Positions 36,116 to 46,618 of a DNA stretch of 62,179 nt are shown here, piece by piece. Location: positions 1 to 62,179 of the forward strand of contig JBAURN010000139.1 in the NCBI GenBank assembly GCA_049581225.1, read 5' to 3'. The translations under genes and the position numbers were made by a program. Source of the DNA: Solirubrobacteraceae bacterium. Its GTDB lineage: Bacteria; Actinomycetota; Thermoleophilia; Solirubrobacterales; Solirubrobacteraceae. Numbering within the stretch: the first letter of the stretch is position 1; every line of letters starts with the position of its first letter. The notes under the pieces were generated by a model. The model was not told the origin of the DNA. It did no database searches and worked only from the letters and a program-made list of their open reading frames with translations.

Positions 36116-36577
36116 ATGACTAACGCATCTGAGCACGATTACGCAGCGCAGGCACGACAGGCCATCGAGATCGTTTGCTCCGGCGACGTATCGCGGATGG
36201 AGGAGTTCTACAGCCCAGACTTCGTGGATCACGTCAACGACATGACGTTCCACGGATACGAGGGCGGGCGCGAGTCGCTTGCCTTCTACGCGACGCTGTT
36301 CAAGGACTACCGGATGGGCGTCGAGGAGCAGGTCACCGAGGGCAACCGGGTCGCCTCTCGGTGGGTTCTGAACGGCACCTACCACGGCCGGGCCGTCGTG
36401 CTCCGAGGCATCACGATCAGCCGTCTTGATGAGGACGGCAGGACCGTCGAAGATCGAGGGCACTCCGACTCGATCGCCCTGCTCGGGCAAATCGGCGTGA
36501 TCCGCACGCTCATCTTGGGGCTGGAAATCCTCACACGCCGCGTCAGGCTCCCCAAGGGAGTTATCAAGGCGCACTGA
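36116..36577 (+). CDS. SnoaL-like ester cyclase family protein
   Basis: FYSPDFVDH, EGNRVASRW, DSIALLGQIG. Confidence 0.8.
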   Translation: MTNASEHDYAAQARQAIEIVCSGDVSRMEEFYSPDFVDHVNDMTFHGYEGGRESLAFYATLFKDYRMGVEEQVTEGNRVASRWVLNGTYHGRAVVLRGITISRLDEDGRTVEDRGHSDSIALLGQIGVIRTLILGLEILTRRVRLPKGVIKAH

Positions 36578-36632
36578 ATCCACGCGCGTTTGCAGATGCC
36601 GAACCGGGAACCGGCGAATAAGCTGCTGTTCG

Positions 36633-37172
36633 GTGTCCGAGCTTGGCGAGCGCATCTACGAGAGTGCCCGTCTCACGGGCGAGTTCCGACTGCGCTCGGG
36701 CGCTACGAGCAGCGAATACTTCGACAAGTATCTGTTCGAGTCCGACCCTCGACTGCTGCGCGAGATTGCCGAGGAGTTGGCTGGCCTGCTGCCCGCCGGG
36801 GTGGAAGTGCTCGCTGGTCTTGAGCTTGGCGGCGTGCCGCTGGCCGTCGTCGCCTCCCAGGTGTCGGGACTGCCGACCGTATTCGTTCGCAAGGCTGCCA
36901 AGACATATGGAACCTGCCGGCTGGCCGAGGGCGGCGAGGTCGAAGGGCGCCGGATCGCGGTAATCGAGGACGTTGTGACTTCGGGCGGCCAGGTAGTCGA
37001 GTCTTGCCGGGAGCTGCGCGACCGCGAAGCCGATATCGCGGCGGTGCTGTGCGTCATCGACCGCGAGGCCGGTGGGAGAGAGAACCTTGCCGCTGAGGGC
37101 CTTGACCTCCGTGCGCTATTCACGATGAGCCAGCTTCAAGAAGGCCGAGTAGCCGATCCCGCGAGCTCGTGA
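36633..37172 (+). CDS. pyrE: Orotate phosphoribosyltransferase
   Basis: FRLRSG..S..YFDKY, FVRKAAKTYG, VIEDVVTSGG PRPP loop. Confidence 0.9.
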   Translation: MSELGERIYESARLTGEFRLRSGATSSEYFDKYLFESDPRLLREIAEELAGLLPAGVEVLAGLELGGVPLAVVASQVSGLPTVFVRKAAKTYGTCRLAEGGEVEGRRIAVIEDVVTSGGQVVESCRELRDREADIAAVLCVIDREAGGRENLAAEGLDLRALFTMSQLQEGRVADPASS

Positions 37173-37711
37173 GTACGCCTCATCGCAGGCCCACCTTGAT
37201 CCTACTCGGAGTCGCCACCGTCGCGTTCACAGTGATCCTCGAACTGATCGACCCCTCGCACGTATCGCACGGGCCAACTATCCTTGACTTTGAGTTCGCC
37301 GGCAGCCACGCTCGCGCGGCGCACATCGTCGCTGAATGGGGACCGAAAGGCCGCGGCGCGGCGCACCTTTCGCTGCTGCTCGACTACGGCTACATGCTCT
37401 CCTACGGCCTGTTCTTCGCCCTCGCCGGCTTCGCAGTCCGCGACACAGCGCGAGCACGCGACTGGCGGCGCCTCGCAGTCATTGGCGCTGTCGTCCCGTT
37501 CTTCGCGCTTGCCGCAGCGAGCTTCGATGCGATCGAAAACGTCGGGCTGCTGCTCACGCTCGCCGGCAACGGTGGCAGCTTCGCCGCGCCGTTCGCTGCC
37601 GTCTGTTCGGCGATCAAGTTCACGCTCGTCAGCATCGCCATCGTCTACGCGCTGTGCGGCTTCGTGCTTTGGCTCAGAGCGCGCCACCTACAGCCGAGCC
37701 GAGCCGCATAG
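37169..37711 (+). CDS. Membrane protein
   Basis: About 4 transmembrane helices, FDAIEN motif; GTGA overlap with pyrE. Confidence 0.7.
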   Translation: MSTPHRRPTLILLGVATVAFTVILELIDPSHVSHGPTILDFEFAGSHARAAHIVAEWGPKGRGAAHLSLLLDYGYMLSYGLFFALAGFAVRDTARARDWRRLAVIGAVVPFFALAAASFDAIENVGLLLTLAGNGGSFAAPFAAVCSAIKFTLVSIAIVYALCGFVLWLRARHLQPSRAA

Positions 37712-37727
37712 GTCTCATTCGACCGTT

Positions 37728-37895
37728 GTGCAGGCACCCCGGAGAAACATCGAGCTGAAGGCGAGCGACCCGGACCCGGCCAGGTCGCTCGCGGTATGCC
37801 GGGCGCTCGGGGCAGAGGGCCGCGGCAGGATCGCGCAGCGCGATGCCTACTTCGAGGTTGCCCGTGGTGGGCTCAAGCTCCGCGAGGAACAGCCC
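37728..37895 (+). pseudogene. CYTH / class IV adenylate cyclase N-terminal fragment
   Basis: RRNIELKA...QRDAYF...LKLREEQP, then similarity is lost. Confidence 0.7.
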
Positions 37896-38068
37896 GACCT
37901 GTCCGCACTTTGGCTGCTCGTGACACTCGTGGGGTTGATGATCGCCGCCGCCACGCTCTCGCTGCTTTTAGGCCCCAACAGGCTGCTCGTTCACAGTGTT
38001 GGCTTGCCCGTGAGCATTTGCGGTGGACGATGCCCATCGCGTACCATCCTCGGCCGAGGGTATACCGG

Positions 38069-39763
38069 GTGAGGCTTCGACAAGGACTTCGCTGGCTGAC
38101 GCCGGCCTTTCTAGGGATCGCATTTGCGATGTTTGGCTCCCTGCTCGGAGGAGCTTCGGGGCAGGCCGCGCAGACGCCCCTGGAGATCTCGATCTCCGGC
38201 AATCACTTCGTCAACGGCCTCAATGGCACCGGTCAGACCATCCAGCTGCGCGGGGTCAACGTCTCGAGTTCTGAGTATGCCTGTGCCGAGAACTTCGGCT
38301 ACGACGACGGGGACTACACCGACGCCACCGCGTCAGCGATTGCCGCATGGGGCGCTAACGCGGTCCGGATACCGCTCAACGAGGACTGCTGGCTGAATAC
38401 GAACCTGCCGGGGGGCGATCCGTACGGGGGTGCCGGCTATCAACAGGAGATTGAGAGTTTCGTCTCGGACCTGGGCGCACATGGGATCTACGCGATCCTC
38501 GACCTGCACTGGACCGCGCCCGGCAACCAGACCGCGCTCGAGCAGCAGCCGATGCCCGACATGGACCACTCGCCGGCGTTCTGGACCTCGGTCGCCACCG
38601 CGTTTAAGTCCAATCCGGCGGTCGTGTTCGACATCTTCAACGAGTCGTATGATCCGACCGACGAAAGGTCGGGCCACGACGAAAATGCGTCGGACGCGGT
38701 CACTTGGGGTTGCTGGGAGTCCGGGACCAAGCCGGACGCCGTCGGTGGCGGTGCCCCGCCGGTTCCCTGCTACACGCAGGCCTACGACGCCAACGAAAAT
38801 CCGACGACCCGATATCAGATCGTCGGCATGCAGACCCTGCTGAACGACATCCGCAACGTGGGCGCCACCCAACCGATCATGGTCGGTGGTCTCGACTACG
38901 CAGACGACCTCGGAGACACCAACGACGCCAACGGCGGCGGTCAGGGCTGGATGCAGCACATGCCTGACGATCCGCTCAACCAGGAGGCTGCATCGTTCCA
39001 TAACTACCAGGGCGAGGGCTGCGACAACGAGACCTGTTGGGAAAACACGGTCAAGTCGGTCGCCGCCCGCGTGCCGGTGGTCACCGGCGAGTTCGCCGAG
39101 GACAACTACCTGGCGGCCGGATGCAACGCGAATCCAGGGGCGAGCACGTTTGATGACCGCTACATGAACTGGGCTGACACCAACGGTGTCAGTTACTTGG
39201 CGTGGGTATGGCTCGTGGACGACCCTCCCCAGCCAGGCGACGACACATGCGACCGGCACGGGCTGCTCAGCTCCTACGATGGCACGCCCCTCGCCCCGAA
39301 CGGCACCGCTGTGCACGATCACCTGACGGCGCCGGCGGCCAGCGGTACCGGGACCACCACGACCGGGTCGGGGCCGACCACAACGACCGTGACCGGCAAG
39401 GGGACCGGCGAGCCGGCGGTCACGCTGCGCTCATTCAGCGCCGCCGTTCAGTCGGACGGCTCGGCTGTCAGGTTCCGTCTGCGCTCTGCGCAAATGTGCA
39501 CCGGCACGATCACCGGCCAGACGGTCAATACCTATGCGGTGACAACCGTGAGGAATAAAGCCCGCAAAGTGTCGCTGGGATCGGTGATGTTCTCGCTCGA
39601 GGCGGGCAGGTCAAAGTCGGTAGTCCTGAAGCTGAGCAAGGCATTCAAGAAGCTGCTGGCCGCCAAGCTCACGCTCAAGGTACAAATCACGATCACACTG
39701 ACCAGCGCCGGTCATCGCCGCACGGTCATGCACCGCGCGGCGACGCTGCACCGCAAGGGCTAG
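38069..39763 (+). CDS. Secreted GH5 (cellulase-family) glycoside hydrolase with Thr linker and basic C-terminal domain
   Basis: LRGVN, NAVRIPLNEDCWL, ILDLHW, FDIFNE (acid/base), SFHNY, VVTGEF (nucleophile), YLAWVW. Confidence 0.88.
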   Translation: MRLRQGLRWLTPAFLGIAFAMFGSLLGGASGQAAQTPLEISISGNHFVNGLNGTGQTIQLRGVNVSSSEYACAENFGYDDGDYTDATASAIAAWGANAVRIPLNEDCWLNTNLPGGDPYGGAGYQQEIESFVSDLGAHGIYAILDLHWTAPGNQTALEQQPMPDMDHSPAFWTSVATAFKSNPAVVFDIFNESYDPTDERSGHDENASDAVTWGCWESGTKPDAVGGGAPPVPCYTQAYDANENPTTRYQIVGMQTLLNDIRNVGATQPIMVGGLDYADDLGDTNDANGGGQGWMQHMPDDPLNQEAASFHNYQGEGCDNETCWENTVKSVAARVPVVTGEFAEDNYLAAGCNANPGASTFDDRYMNWADTNGVSYLAWVWLVDDPPQPGDDTCDRHGLLSSYDGTPLAPNGTAVHDHLTAPAASGTGTTTTGSGPTTTTVTGKGTGEPAVTLRSFSAAVQSDGSAVRFRLRSAQMCTGTITGQTVNTYAVTTVRNKARKVSLGSVMFSLEAGRSKSVVLKLSKAFKKLLAAKLTLKVQITITLTSAGHRRTVMHRAATLHRKG

Positions 39764-40423
39764 TGTCGTGAGTCGTTAATTCGGCTGCATCTGACGAGCG
39801 ACAGTGGCTCGCAAAGGCTGTTGCCGCCTGTCGCGGGCTCGATGGCCGCAAAAAGGCGCGTGTGCGAAGCCTCGGCACAGCATGGCTACAAGCCCACACG
39901 CCTGACCGATGGACGGGCACGATACCGAGCGGTCGCGTGTGTGGCGCTTTGCAAGCGCTTACGAGCACGGGAACTCCGGTGAGATTCCGTGGCTGACGCG
40001 CAGCGGTGTGGGTGACGAACGGATCGCAGGTCCACTGAGCCCACCAGACCCAGACCGTGCCTACACCGTCATCCGGCGCCCCAGCCGCCAGCGGCCACGG
40101 CCAGGCAGTTGGCACCGTCTACCGTCTATCAAACGGGCAGCTCGTCTACGTCAACAAGGGCTCTAAATGAACACACAAACGAAATCAGTATCGGCCGATT
40201 GGTCATGCGCCGATATCAGGACGACGATGACCTCGTGTGGCAGTAGCTGCTATGGCTTCTATCCGAATAGATGGACGTGCGACTCGGTACGCCTGGGGTG
40301 TGACCGGTGATCCAAGAACGGGCTCCCGCGAGGTCGACGATCGACTTTTCGGCGACCGGCAATGGTTTTTCGATGTGGGTCGAGTCTCTATGCGTATGAC
40401 CCCAACCGGAGAGGAAGAGGACG

Positions 40424-41077
40424 ATGACAATCGTAATCACCGCCTTTGAGCGGTCGCCCGATGGCGGCAAGGGCCTGGCGCGCGATACACGCGTTCGCTG
40501 GGCGCTGGAGGAGGTGGGCCAGCCCTACGAGGTTCGCCTTGTTTCGTTCAGTGCGAAGAAGGAGCCCGCGCATCTGCGCCTTCATCCTTTCGGCCTGATC
40601 CCGACCTATGAGGAAGGCGACCTTGCCCTGTTCGAGACAGGCGCGATCATCTTCCACATAGCCGAGCACCATGAGGGGCTGTTCCCGGACGATGCCAACG
40701 CGCGGGCCCGGGCCATCACCTGGATGTTCGCCGCGCTGAACACCGTGGAGCCGCCGATCCTCGAACTCGTGACCGCCAAGTTCGGGGAGAGCGAGAAGAC
40801 CTGGGCCGAAGAGCGCCTTCCGCTTGTCAAGGACCGCATTCGCGATCGACTGGTCCAGCTCTCTGCCCGCTTGGGTGATGCCGACTGGCTCGATGGGGCG
40901 TTCAGCGCGGGCGACCTGATGATGGTCTCGGTGCTGCTCAGACTGAGAGCTTCGGGCCTTCTCGACGAATTCCCGAAACTGGCTGCCTATGTTGCCCGGG
41001 GCGAGGCGCGGCCCGCATACAAACGGGCCTTCGCAGCCCAATGGGCGATCAACGCCGCTAATCCGCATGCTGGCTGA
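40424..41077 (+). CDS. Glutathione S-transferase family protein
   Basis: RVRWALEE, HPFGLIP, LFETGAI, WLDGAFSAGDL, ARPAYKRA. Confidence 0.9.
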   Translation: MTIVITAFERSPDGGKGLARDTRVRWALEEVGQPYEVRLVSFSAKKEPAHLRLHPFGLIPTYEEGDLALFETGAIIFHIAEHHEGLFPDDANARARAITWMFAALNTVEPPILELVTAKFGESEKTWAEERLPLVKDRIRDRLVQLSARLGDADWLDGAFSAGDLMMVSVLLRLRASGLLDEFPKLAAYVARGEARPAYKRAFAAQWAINAANPHAG

Positions 41078-41261
41078 CGAAGTCCGGTCTCAGGTCGCCA
41101 TTGTCCCGCACTAGGTGGTGGCCACGGTCTCACCGCGCGCCTGAGCCGACCACTTTGAGCGGACCGCTCACGATCATGCGCTGTACTCAGACTTCTGGCA
41201 GGTCAACCTTGTAGGCGATGATCTGACGTCCTTGGCGTTATAGGCGCGTTCGATTGCATCG

Positions 41262-42206
41262 TCAAACGTCCTTTCGCTTCTGCTCGAAAGGGTCCTCGGG
41301 GGCGCCTTTAGGCGCTTGCTCCTTGAGGTGCCGCTTGGCTTCGAGCAGCGCCTCGCGCTGTTGCTTGGTGACCGGTGGGAAATGGGGGTCGATCTGCATC
41401 AGAGCGTCAACCAGCACTGCCGCCGCTCCGATCCGCGCGAACCACTTGCGGTCGGCGGGAATCACGTGCCATGGGGCCCATTCGGTGCTCGTGTGTGTGA
41501 GCATCTCCGAGAACGCTTGCTGGTAGTCGTCCCAGCGCTCGCGCTCGTTGACGTCAGCCGCGGAGAACTTCCAGTTGTGGTCGGGAAGGTCGATCCGGCG
41601 CAGCAAGCGCGCCCTCTGCTCCTCCTTTGAGATGTTCAAGAGCAGCTTGACGATTCGCAGCCCGTTGTCGGTGAGATAATGCTCCCAATCGTTGATCTCG
41701 CGGTAGCGTCGCTGCCAGATGTCGCCTGCCTTGGCCGCCTCCGGCAATTTTTGGCGATCGAGGTTCTCCGGATGCACGCGCACCACGAGCACCTCCTCGT
41801 AGTGGGAGCGGTTGAAAATGCCGATCTCACCTCGCTCGGGAAGACGTTTAGCGTAGCGCCAGAGGAAATCGTGATCGAGCTCCTCAGCCGATGGCACCTT
41901 GAAGCTGTGCACGGCGACGCCCTGCGGGTTCACCCCGCTCATAACGTGACGGATCGTTCCGTCCTTTCCGGCGGTGTCGAGGGCTTGCAACACCACCAGC
42001 ACCCCCCACTTGTCTTGAGCGGCCAGCCGGGCCTGGTACTCAGAAAGCAGTCGCACTCCCTCGGCAAGCAGGGTGACCCCTTCTTTCTTCTTCACGCCCC
42101 CCTTGAAGGCAGGGTCGAAGTCCTCAGCGAGGATCGTTTTTGACCCAGGCTTAACCTGAAACGGCTCGATGAACTCCGTAATCCGTCTTTGACGCTTGCC
42201 GGTCAC
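41262..42206 (-). CDS. ppk2: Polyphosphate kinase 2 family protein
   Basis: QALDTAGKDG, VNPQG, HDFLWR, FNRSHYE, WKFS, PADRKW. Confidence 0.92.
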   Translation of the reverse strand: MTGKRQRRITEFIEPFQVKPGSKTILAEDFDPAFKGGVKKKEGVTLLAEGVRLLSEYQARLAAQDKWGVLVVLQALDTAGKDGTIRHVMSGVNPQGVAVHSFKVPSAEELDHDFLWRYAKRLPERGEIGIFNRSHYEEVLVVRVHPENLDRQKLPEAAKAGDIWQRRYREINDWEHYLTDNGLRIVKLLLNISKEEQRARLLRRIDLPDHNWKFSAADVNERERWDDYQQAFSEMLTHTSTEWAPWHVIPADRKWFARIGAAAVLVDALMQIDPHFPPVTKQQREALLEAKRHLKEQAPKGAPEDPFEQKRKDV

Positions 42207-42216
42207 GATACCCGGG

Positions 42217-43839
42217 CTAGACTCTGGCCGGCTCGGAGCCTGGTTGTCGTGTTGGCATTCGCCCGACGAAGAAGAGCGCGAGCGCCGCGATCAGGATCAG
42301 GACCGTGAGGCCCGCGCGGAGCCCGTCGAGGCGAGCATGGGCGTTGGCGTCGAGCGCCGCCTGCGTCACCTCGCTGCTCGCGCCCGCTTCCTTTGTGGCG
42401 GCCTGAAGCTGCTTGTCGGACATGAACGGGATGCCGGCGGACAACTCGGTGCTCGCCTTGGTCTTGACACTCTGAGGGACAGCCTGGTTCATCTCGATGT
42501 GTGTCAGAAAAGATGCAGTCAACACGGCGACCAGGACCGAGCCCGCGAGTGCCGTGCCCAGCGACGCGCCGAGGTTGGTCACCGTGTTCTGTATGCCGCC
42601 CACCTCCGAGCTCTGCTCGTCGGGGACGGCGGAGACTGTCACGGCGCCGAGCTGGGACGCCAACGCGCCAAGGCCGAGCCCGACGAGCAGCAGCGGCACG
42701 GTCACGATCTCGGCCCCCGCATCGATGTCGATCGCCGCCAGCAGGATCAGCATCCCGAGCAGCATCGAGAAGACCCCTACCCGCGCGACCAATCGCGGTG
42801 AGACGTTCGGGAACAGCCTCGGCACTCCCAATGCCGCCGCGAGCAAGGTCACCGACATCGGCATGATCCGCACGCCCGTCGCGATCGCGGAGAGCCCGAG
42901 GGCCACCGACAGGTACAGCGGAATCAAGAAGAAGACCCCCATCATCAGGAGGTACTGAAAGAAGAACATGATCAGCCCGCCGCGGAGCTGCGCATTGCGC
43001 AACAGCCGTGGATCGACCAGCGGCTCCTTGCTCTGCGCGACCAGCTGGCCCTCCCAGTGCAGAAACGACCACACCAGCAGGAGCCCGGCCACCATCAGCC
43101 AAGGCACGGGAGACATCCCGAACCACTGGGGCGCACCAGACTTCGGCACCACCCACCCCCAGGAACCCGACTTCAGGACGCCAAAGACGAACACGCCGAG
43201 ACCGGCGGCACAAAGAAACCCACCGATCAGATCGATCTTCGGGCGCCGGTCGGGAGGGGCGTCCTCGGCGCGGCGTGCCAGCACAAGGATGATCAGCACG
43301 AGCAGGACCTCACCGGCAAAGACCCAGCGCCAGGACGCGTAGGTCGTCGCCAGGCCGCCGATCAGCGGACCGACAGCGATCGCGATCGCTCCGGCGGCCG
43401 CCACCAGACCGTAGGCTGCGGGCCGGCGCTCAGCTGGGAAGTTGCCCGCAACCAGCGCGACGATCGAAGGCAGGATCAGCGCTGCGCCGACGCCCTCAAG
43501 GAAAGACCAGCCGAACAGCAGCACCGGCAGGCTATGGGAGAGGGCTGTCGTGAACGATCCGCAGCCGTAGATGATGCAGCCAATCATGAACGCGCGCTTG
43601 CGGCCGATCAGCGCGCCGACCTTCGCGCCGGGGATCATCAGCATCGCCATCACGAGCGTGTAGGCGGTGATCGCCCCCTGTATCCCGGTGACCGTGGTGC
43701 CGACATCCTCCGCGACGGTCGCGATCGAGACGTTCATCACCGAGCTGTCGAGGGCCATCAGGAACTGGCCGGCAGCCAGCGTCAGCAAGATCACCCGAGC
43801 GCCGGCGGCAGTGGTCTTCGTCAGGGTTGAACCGCTCAT
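42217..43839 (-). CDS. MFS transporter (DHA2-like)
   Basis: LDSSVMNVS, GALIGRKR, GPLIGG, SWRWVF, EPLVD. Confidence 0.9.
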   Translation of the reverse strand: MSGSTLTKTTAAGARVILLTLAAGQFLMALDSSVMNVSIATVAEDVGTTVTGIQGAITAYTLVMAMLMIPGAKVGALIGRKRAFMIGCIIYGCGSFTTALSHSLPVLLFGWSFLEGVGAALILPSIVALVAGNFPAERRPAAYGLVAAAGAIAIAVGPLIGGLATTYASWRWVFAGEVLLVLIILVLARRAEDAPPDRRPKIDLIGGFLCAAGLGVFVFGVLKSGSWGWVVPKSGAPQWFGMSPVPWLMVAGLLLVWSFLHWEGQLVAQSKEPLVDPRLLRNAQLRGGLIMFFFQYLLMMGVFFLIPLYLSVALGLSAIATGVRIMPMSVTLLAAALGVPRLFPNVSPRLVARVGVFSMLLGMLILLAAIDIDAGAEIVTVPLLLVGLGLGALASQLGAVTVSAVPDEQSSEVGGIQNTVTNLGASLGTALAGSVLVAVLTASFLTHIEMNQAVPQSVKTKASTELSAGIPFMSDKQLQAATKEAGASSEVTQAALDANAHARLDGLRAGLTVLILIAALALFFVGRMPTRQPGSEPARV

Positions 43840-43994
43840 ACCGTCCAGCTTTACAGCTATCAGGGACAGTGTGTGGTGTTGGGAGCGCAGAGGCTGGGAA
43901 GCCGGTCGCAGGAGCGGTTCCGGCTACAAGGTCCGGTGAAATCGGAGGCTTTGGTCATCTCATGGCTCATTTCGCCTCACCTTCTGGCACTGGG

Positions 43995-44411
43995 TCAGTC
44001 CGCGAGGCGACTGACGGCTACCACGTGAGTAGCCCGGAGTCTCAACAGCAGCTCCCCCTCGACGGCGTTGCGCCGGCCGAACCGCTCGGCGCGCGCATCG
44101 CCCATGTACCGTTCGGCGATCCGGATCGCCCACGGGAGCATCTCGTCAAGGTCGGTGCTGATGGCGACCGGTCCGCTGACCGTCACGAACGAGAAGGGCG
44201 GGCTCTCGTCATCGACACAGAGAGAGGCCCAGCCGGTTCTGAGCAGCGAGCGCCCCTTGACCGTGTCGGCCCCCGTATTGAAGACAAGATCGTCGCCGTC
44301 CAGCACGAACCAGACCGGCACGACATGCGGGCGGCCGTCCAAACGGGTCGTGGCGAGCTTGCCTGTGCGCGCACCGGCGGTAAGGAACTCCCTCCACTCC
44401 GTCTCTGTCAT
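43995..44411 (-). CDS. PPOX-class F420-dependent oxidoreductase
   Basis: TGKLATTRLDGRPHVVPVWF, KGRSL, LCVDD, RYMG. Confidence 0.88.
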   Translation of the reverse strand: MTETEWREFLTAGARTGKLATTRLDGRPHVVPVWFVLDGDDLVFNTGADTVKGRSLLRTGWASLCVDDESPPFSFVTVSGPVAISTDLDEMLPWAIRIAERYMGDARAERFGRRNAVEGELLLRLRATHVVAVSRLAD

Positions 44412-44499
44412 CCGCGGCAGATCGCCCCTCCTCCCGAACTCGATCGATTGAATGATAAGTACTTCACAGAGTCTCCCGCAAGACTCCAAGCGTCGAATG

Positions 44500-44630
44500 T
44501 CAGGGACCGCTCCCCGTCTTGAGCTTGGTCCGCTTCCAGAAGAAGTCGAGTGCGATGGCCAGCGCGATCAACGCGACGATGGCCGCGAATGTGCTCGGAT
44601 CGTTGCGGAGCGTGTCGGCGATAAAGAACC
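44500..44630 (-). pseudogene. Probable APC-family permease C-terminal fragment
   Basis: FFIADTLRNDPSTFAAIVALIALAIALDFFWKR with no upstream body. Confidence 0.45.
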
Positions 44631-44707
44631 CGCGAGGGTCGAGCGATCGCCTTCCGGCGAGGCAGACATCGCGCTCGGCTAGACGGCGGTCAGGAAGTCG
44701 TGAGCGC

Positions 44708-45496
44708 TCATGCTTGAGGCGAGGCGTTGGGAGGCGGCGGTCCGCCTCCCGCTGCTCCCGGGCCTCCCGTCCCATCGCTGGATGAACCGTCCTTTCGGCC
44801 ACGCCGAATCAGGGCGACGATCCCAATCACGGCACCGACAACCGCAGCGCCGATCAATGCCCAAGCCCACCCCGGCAGACCACTCGATTCCGAGGATGAC
44901 TCTTTATTTACCGCTGCGGCTGCTGCTGCCGCCGCAGCGGCAGTAGCGGGCGTATTGCTCGTCGACGTCGACGTCGACGTCGTCGTGGTCGGGGTACTGG
45001 GGGTACTTGGGGTACTGGGGGTGGTGACGGTCTGCGTTTTGATGACCGTGTTCGTGTGTGTGGGCGTGGTCACGGTTGTCGTCTTTGGAGGTTGGGTCAC
45101 CGTGTTGGTCTGAGTTACGGTCTTTGTCTGTGACGGTGTGGTGCTCGTGGTGGTCGGAGTCGTGGCATCAGTTGCGGTTGTCGACGACTTTGTTTGCGCC
45201 GCCGCAGTCGCTGTTTGGCCCTCAGAGGGCTGGGTCTTGGCCTGCGTGGCGGTAGGCGTGCTGCCTGTCTTGCTCGTGGTTGTTTCCTCGGCACGGCTTG
45301 AGGCGGTCTGACTCAGGCTGCTGGCCACGCTCGTCGCACCCCCTGAGCCACACGCGGCCAAGGTGAACAGGGAGAGGCCGAGCATGCCCAACTGAAGAGC
45401 CCAGCGCTTAACGATCTTTTCCGGGCGCTTGTGGCGAAGATTTGTATGACGGCAGCTTGAGCCGCTACGTTGGCGCTTACGAGTGTGGCTGATCAT
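44708..45496 (-). CDS. Thr/Ser-rich lipoprotein with C-terminal transmembrane helix
   Basis: Lipobox LAAC, long T/S/P stalk, WAWALIGAAVVGAVIGIVALIRR; start uncertain. Confidence 0.7.
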   Translation of the reverse strand: MISHTRKRQRSGSSCRHTNLRHKRPEKIVKRWALQLGMLGLSLFTLAACGSGGATSVASSLSQTASSRAEETTTSKTGSTPTATQAKTQPSEGQTATAAAQTKSSTTATDATTPTTTSTTPSQTKTVTQTNTVTQPPKTTTVTTPTHTNTVIKTQTVTTPSTPSTPSTPTTTTSTSTSTSNTPATAAAAAAAAAAVNKESSSESSGLPGWAWALIGAAVVGAVIGIVALIRRGRKDGSSSDGTGGPGAAGGGPPPPNASPQA

Positions 45497-45639
45497 GTGT
45501 GGCCTCTCTCATGAGACGATCCGCATCTCATGGCTGGGTGTTGTTCAGGCGTCGGCCGCCGTCTTCCGTGGCGAGGACGATCCTCGATGCGAACCCCGGA
45601 GCGGCCGGGTGGATAGATCCGGAGCTCGACCGGGCTTCA

Positions 45640-45903
45640 TCAGCGTCCGGCCGTCGCGTACTTTTCGAGGAACAGCGCCTCAGCGAGAGCCAGGTTCTCG
45701 ATCTCGGAGGGGTCGACGCTCTCGTTGAGCGCATGGATGAGGTAGGTGGGCTCCTCGACGCCTATCAGGAAGATTTCCGCCTCCGGATAGGTATCGGCGA
45801 AGACATTGCACAGCGGGATCGATCCACCCTGGCCCTCGGTCGTCATGGGGCGCTCGCAGGCCTCCTCGAGGGCCGACTTGAGCGCCTCGAATCCGGGTCC
45901 ATC
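45640..45903 (-). pseudogene. M20 dipeptidase C-terminal fragment
   Basis: DGPGF...GQGGSIPLC...GVEEP..IHALNESV. Confidence 0.75.
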
Positions 45904-46439
45904 GTTCGAGGGAAGTCCCTCGAGCCCGTAGTCGATCGATGCAAGACATCCGCCGTCGGCCCTGTGGAGGTCATCGAGCACGATGACGAGATCTCGATCC
46001 AGACCGGCGACGCTGTTCATCAGCTCGTCGATGGCGCTCTCGACCGACGCCCGGCACATCCAGGCGTGCGTTCGCCGTGCGCGCGAGACCTTGATGGACG
46101 CGGTCGACCGCCGTAATGACGTATCGCCACAGCCGCGCCGGATCGTTGTCGGACGCGTCGAGCATCACCCACGCCACGGTCACTTTGCGCGCCGCACACC
46201 AGACGCGCACCGCCGTCGTGTTGCCGTAGCCCGCCGGCGCCGGCCATCAGCGTCAACGCCGCCGCATCCGCGTCGAGCGCACGTGTGACGCGCGGACGCT
46301 CGATCGTCTGCGCGCGTATCCGTGGGGACGCGAGCTTTGCCTTGGCCAGCACGGTCTCATGGCTCGCGCTCAAGCCAGCATTCCGCTGTTGAGAACTTGA
46401 CCGCGCGTCTAGCATCACAACAATAGTTGCATATCGCAT
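45904..46439 (-). pseudogene. MalT-like LuxR/STAND regulator N-terminal fragment, frameshifted
   Basis: KLASP...IERPR, degenerate Walker A, VAWVMLDASDNDPARLW, LVIVLDDLH spread over several frames. Confidence 0.75.
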
Positions 46440-46618
46440 AAAATGGAAGACTGTATGAGACGATGATGGGCGAGTTTTCGCCCGCTTCAGGGAAGGCGAT
46501 GCCTACAGGCTTGTGCTACCAGCGCCGGTCTTGGCGACGCACCTGACAGCGAGCCGAGCTCCTCCGTGACGGCGTCTGTGCTCGGGCACGAACGCAGCAT
46601 TAATGAAAGGGTCCGTCG

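Noticed and set aside
39790..39815. Hammerhead-like CTGACGAG-stem-CAAA (also CTGATGAG at 4875)
   Set aside because: The required GAAA after stem II is missing and no stems I/III are evident
44960..45022. GTCGAC and GGGGTACT tandem repeats
   Set aside because: They encode the ST/TPS low-complexity stalk of a lipoprotein
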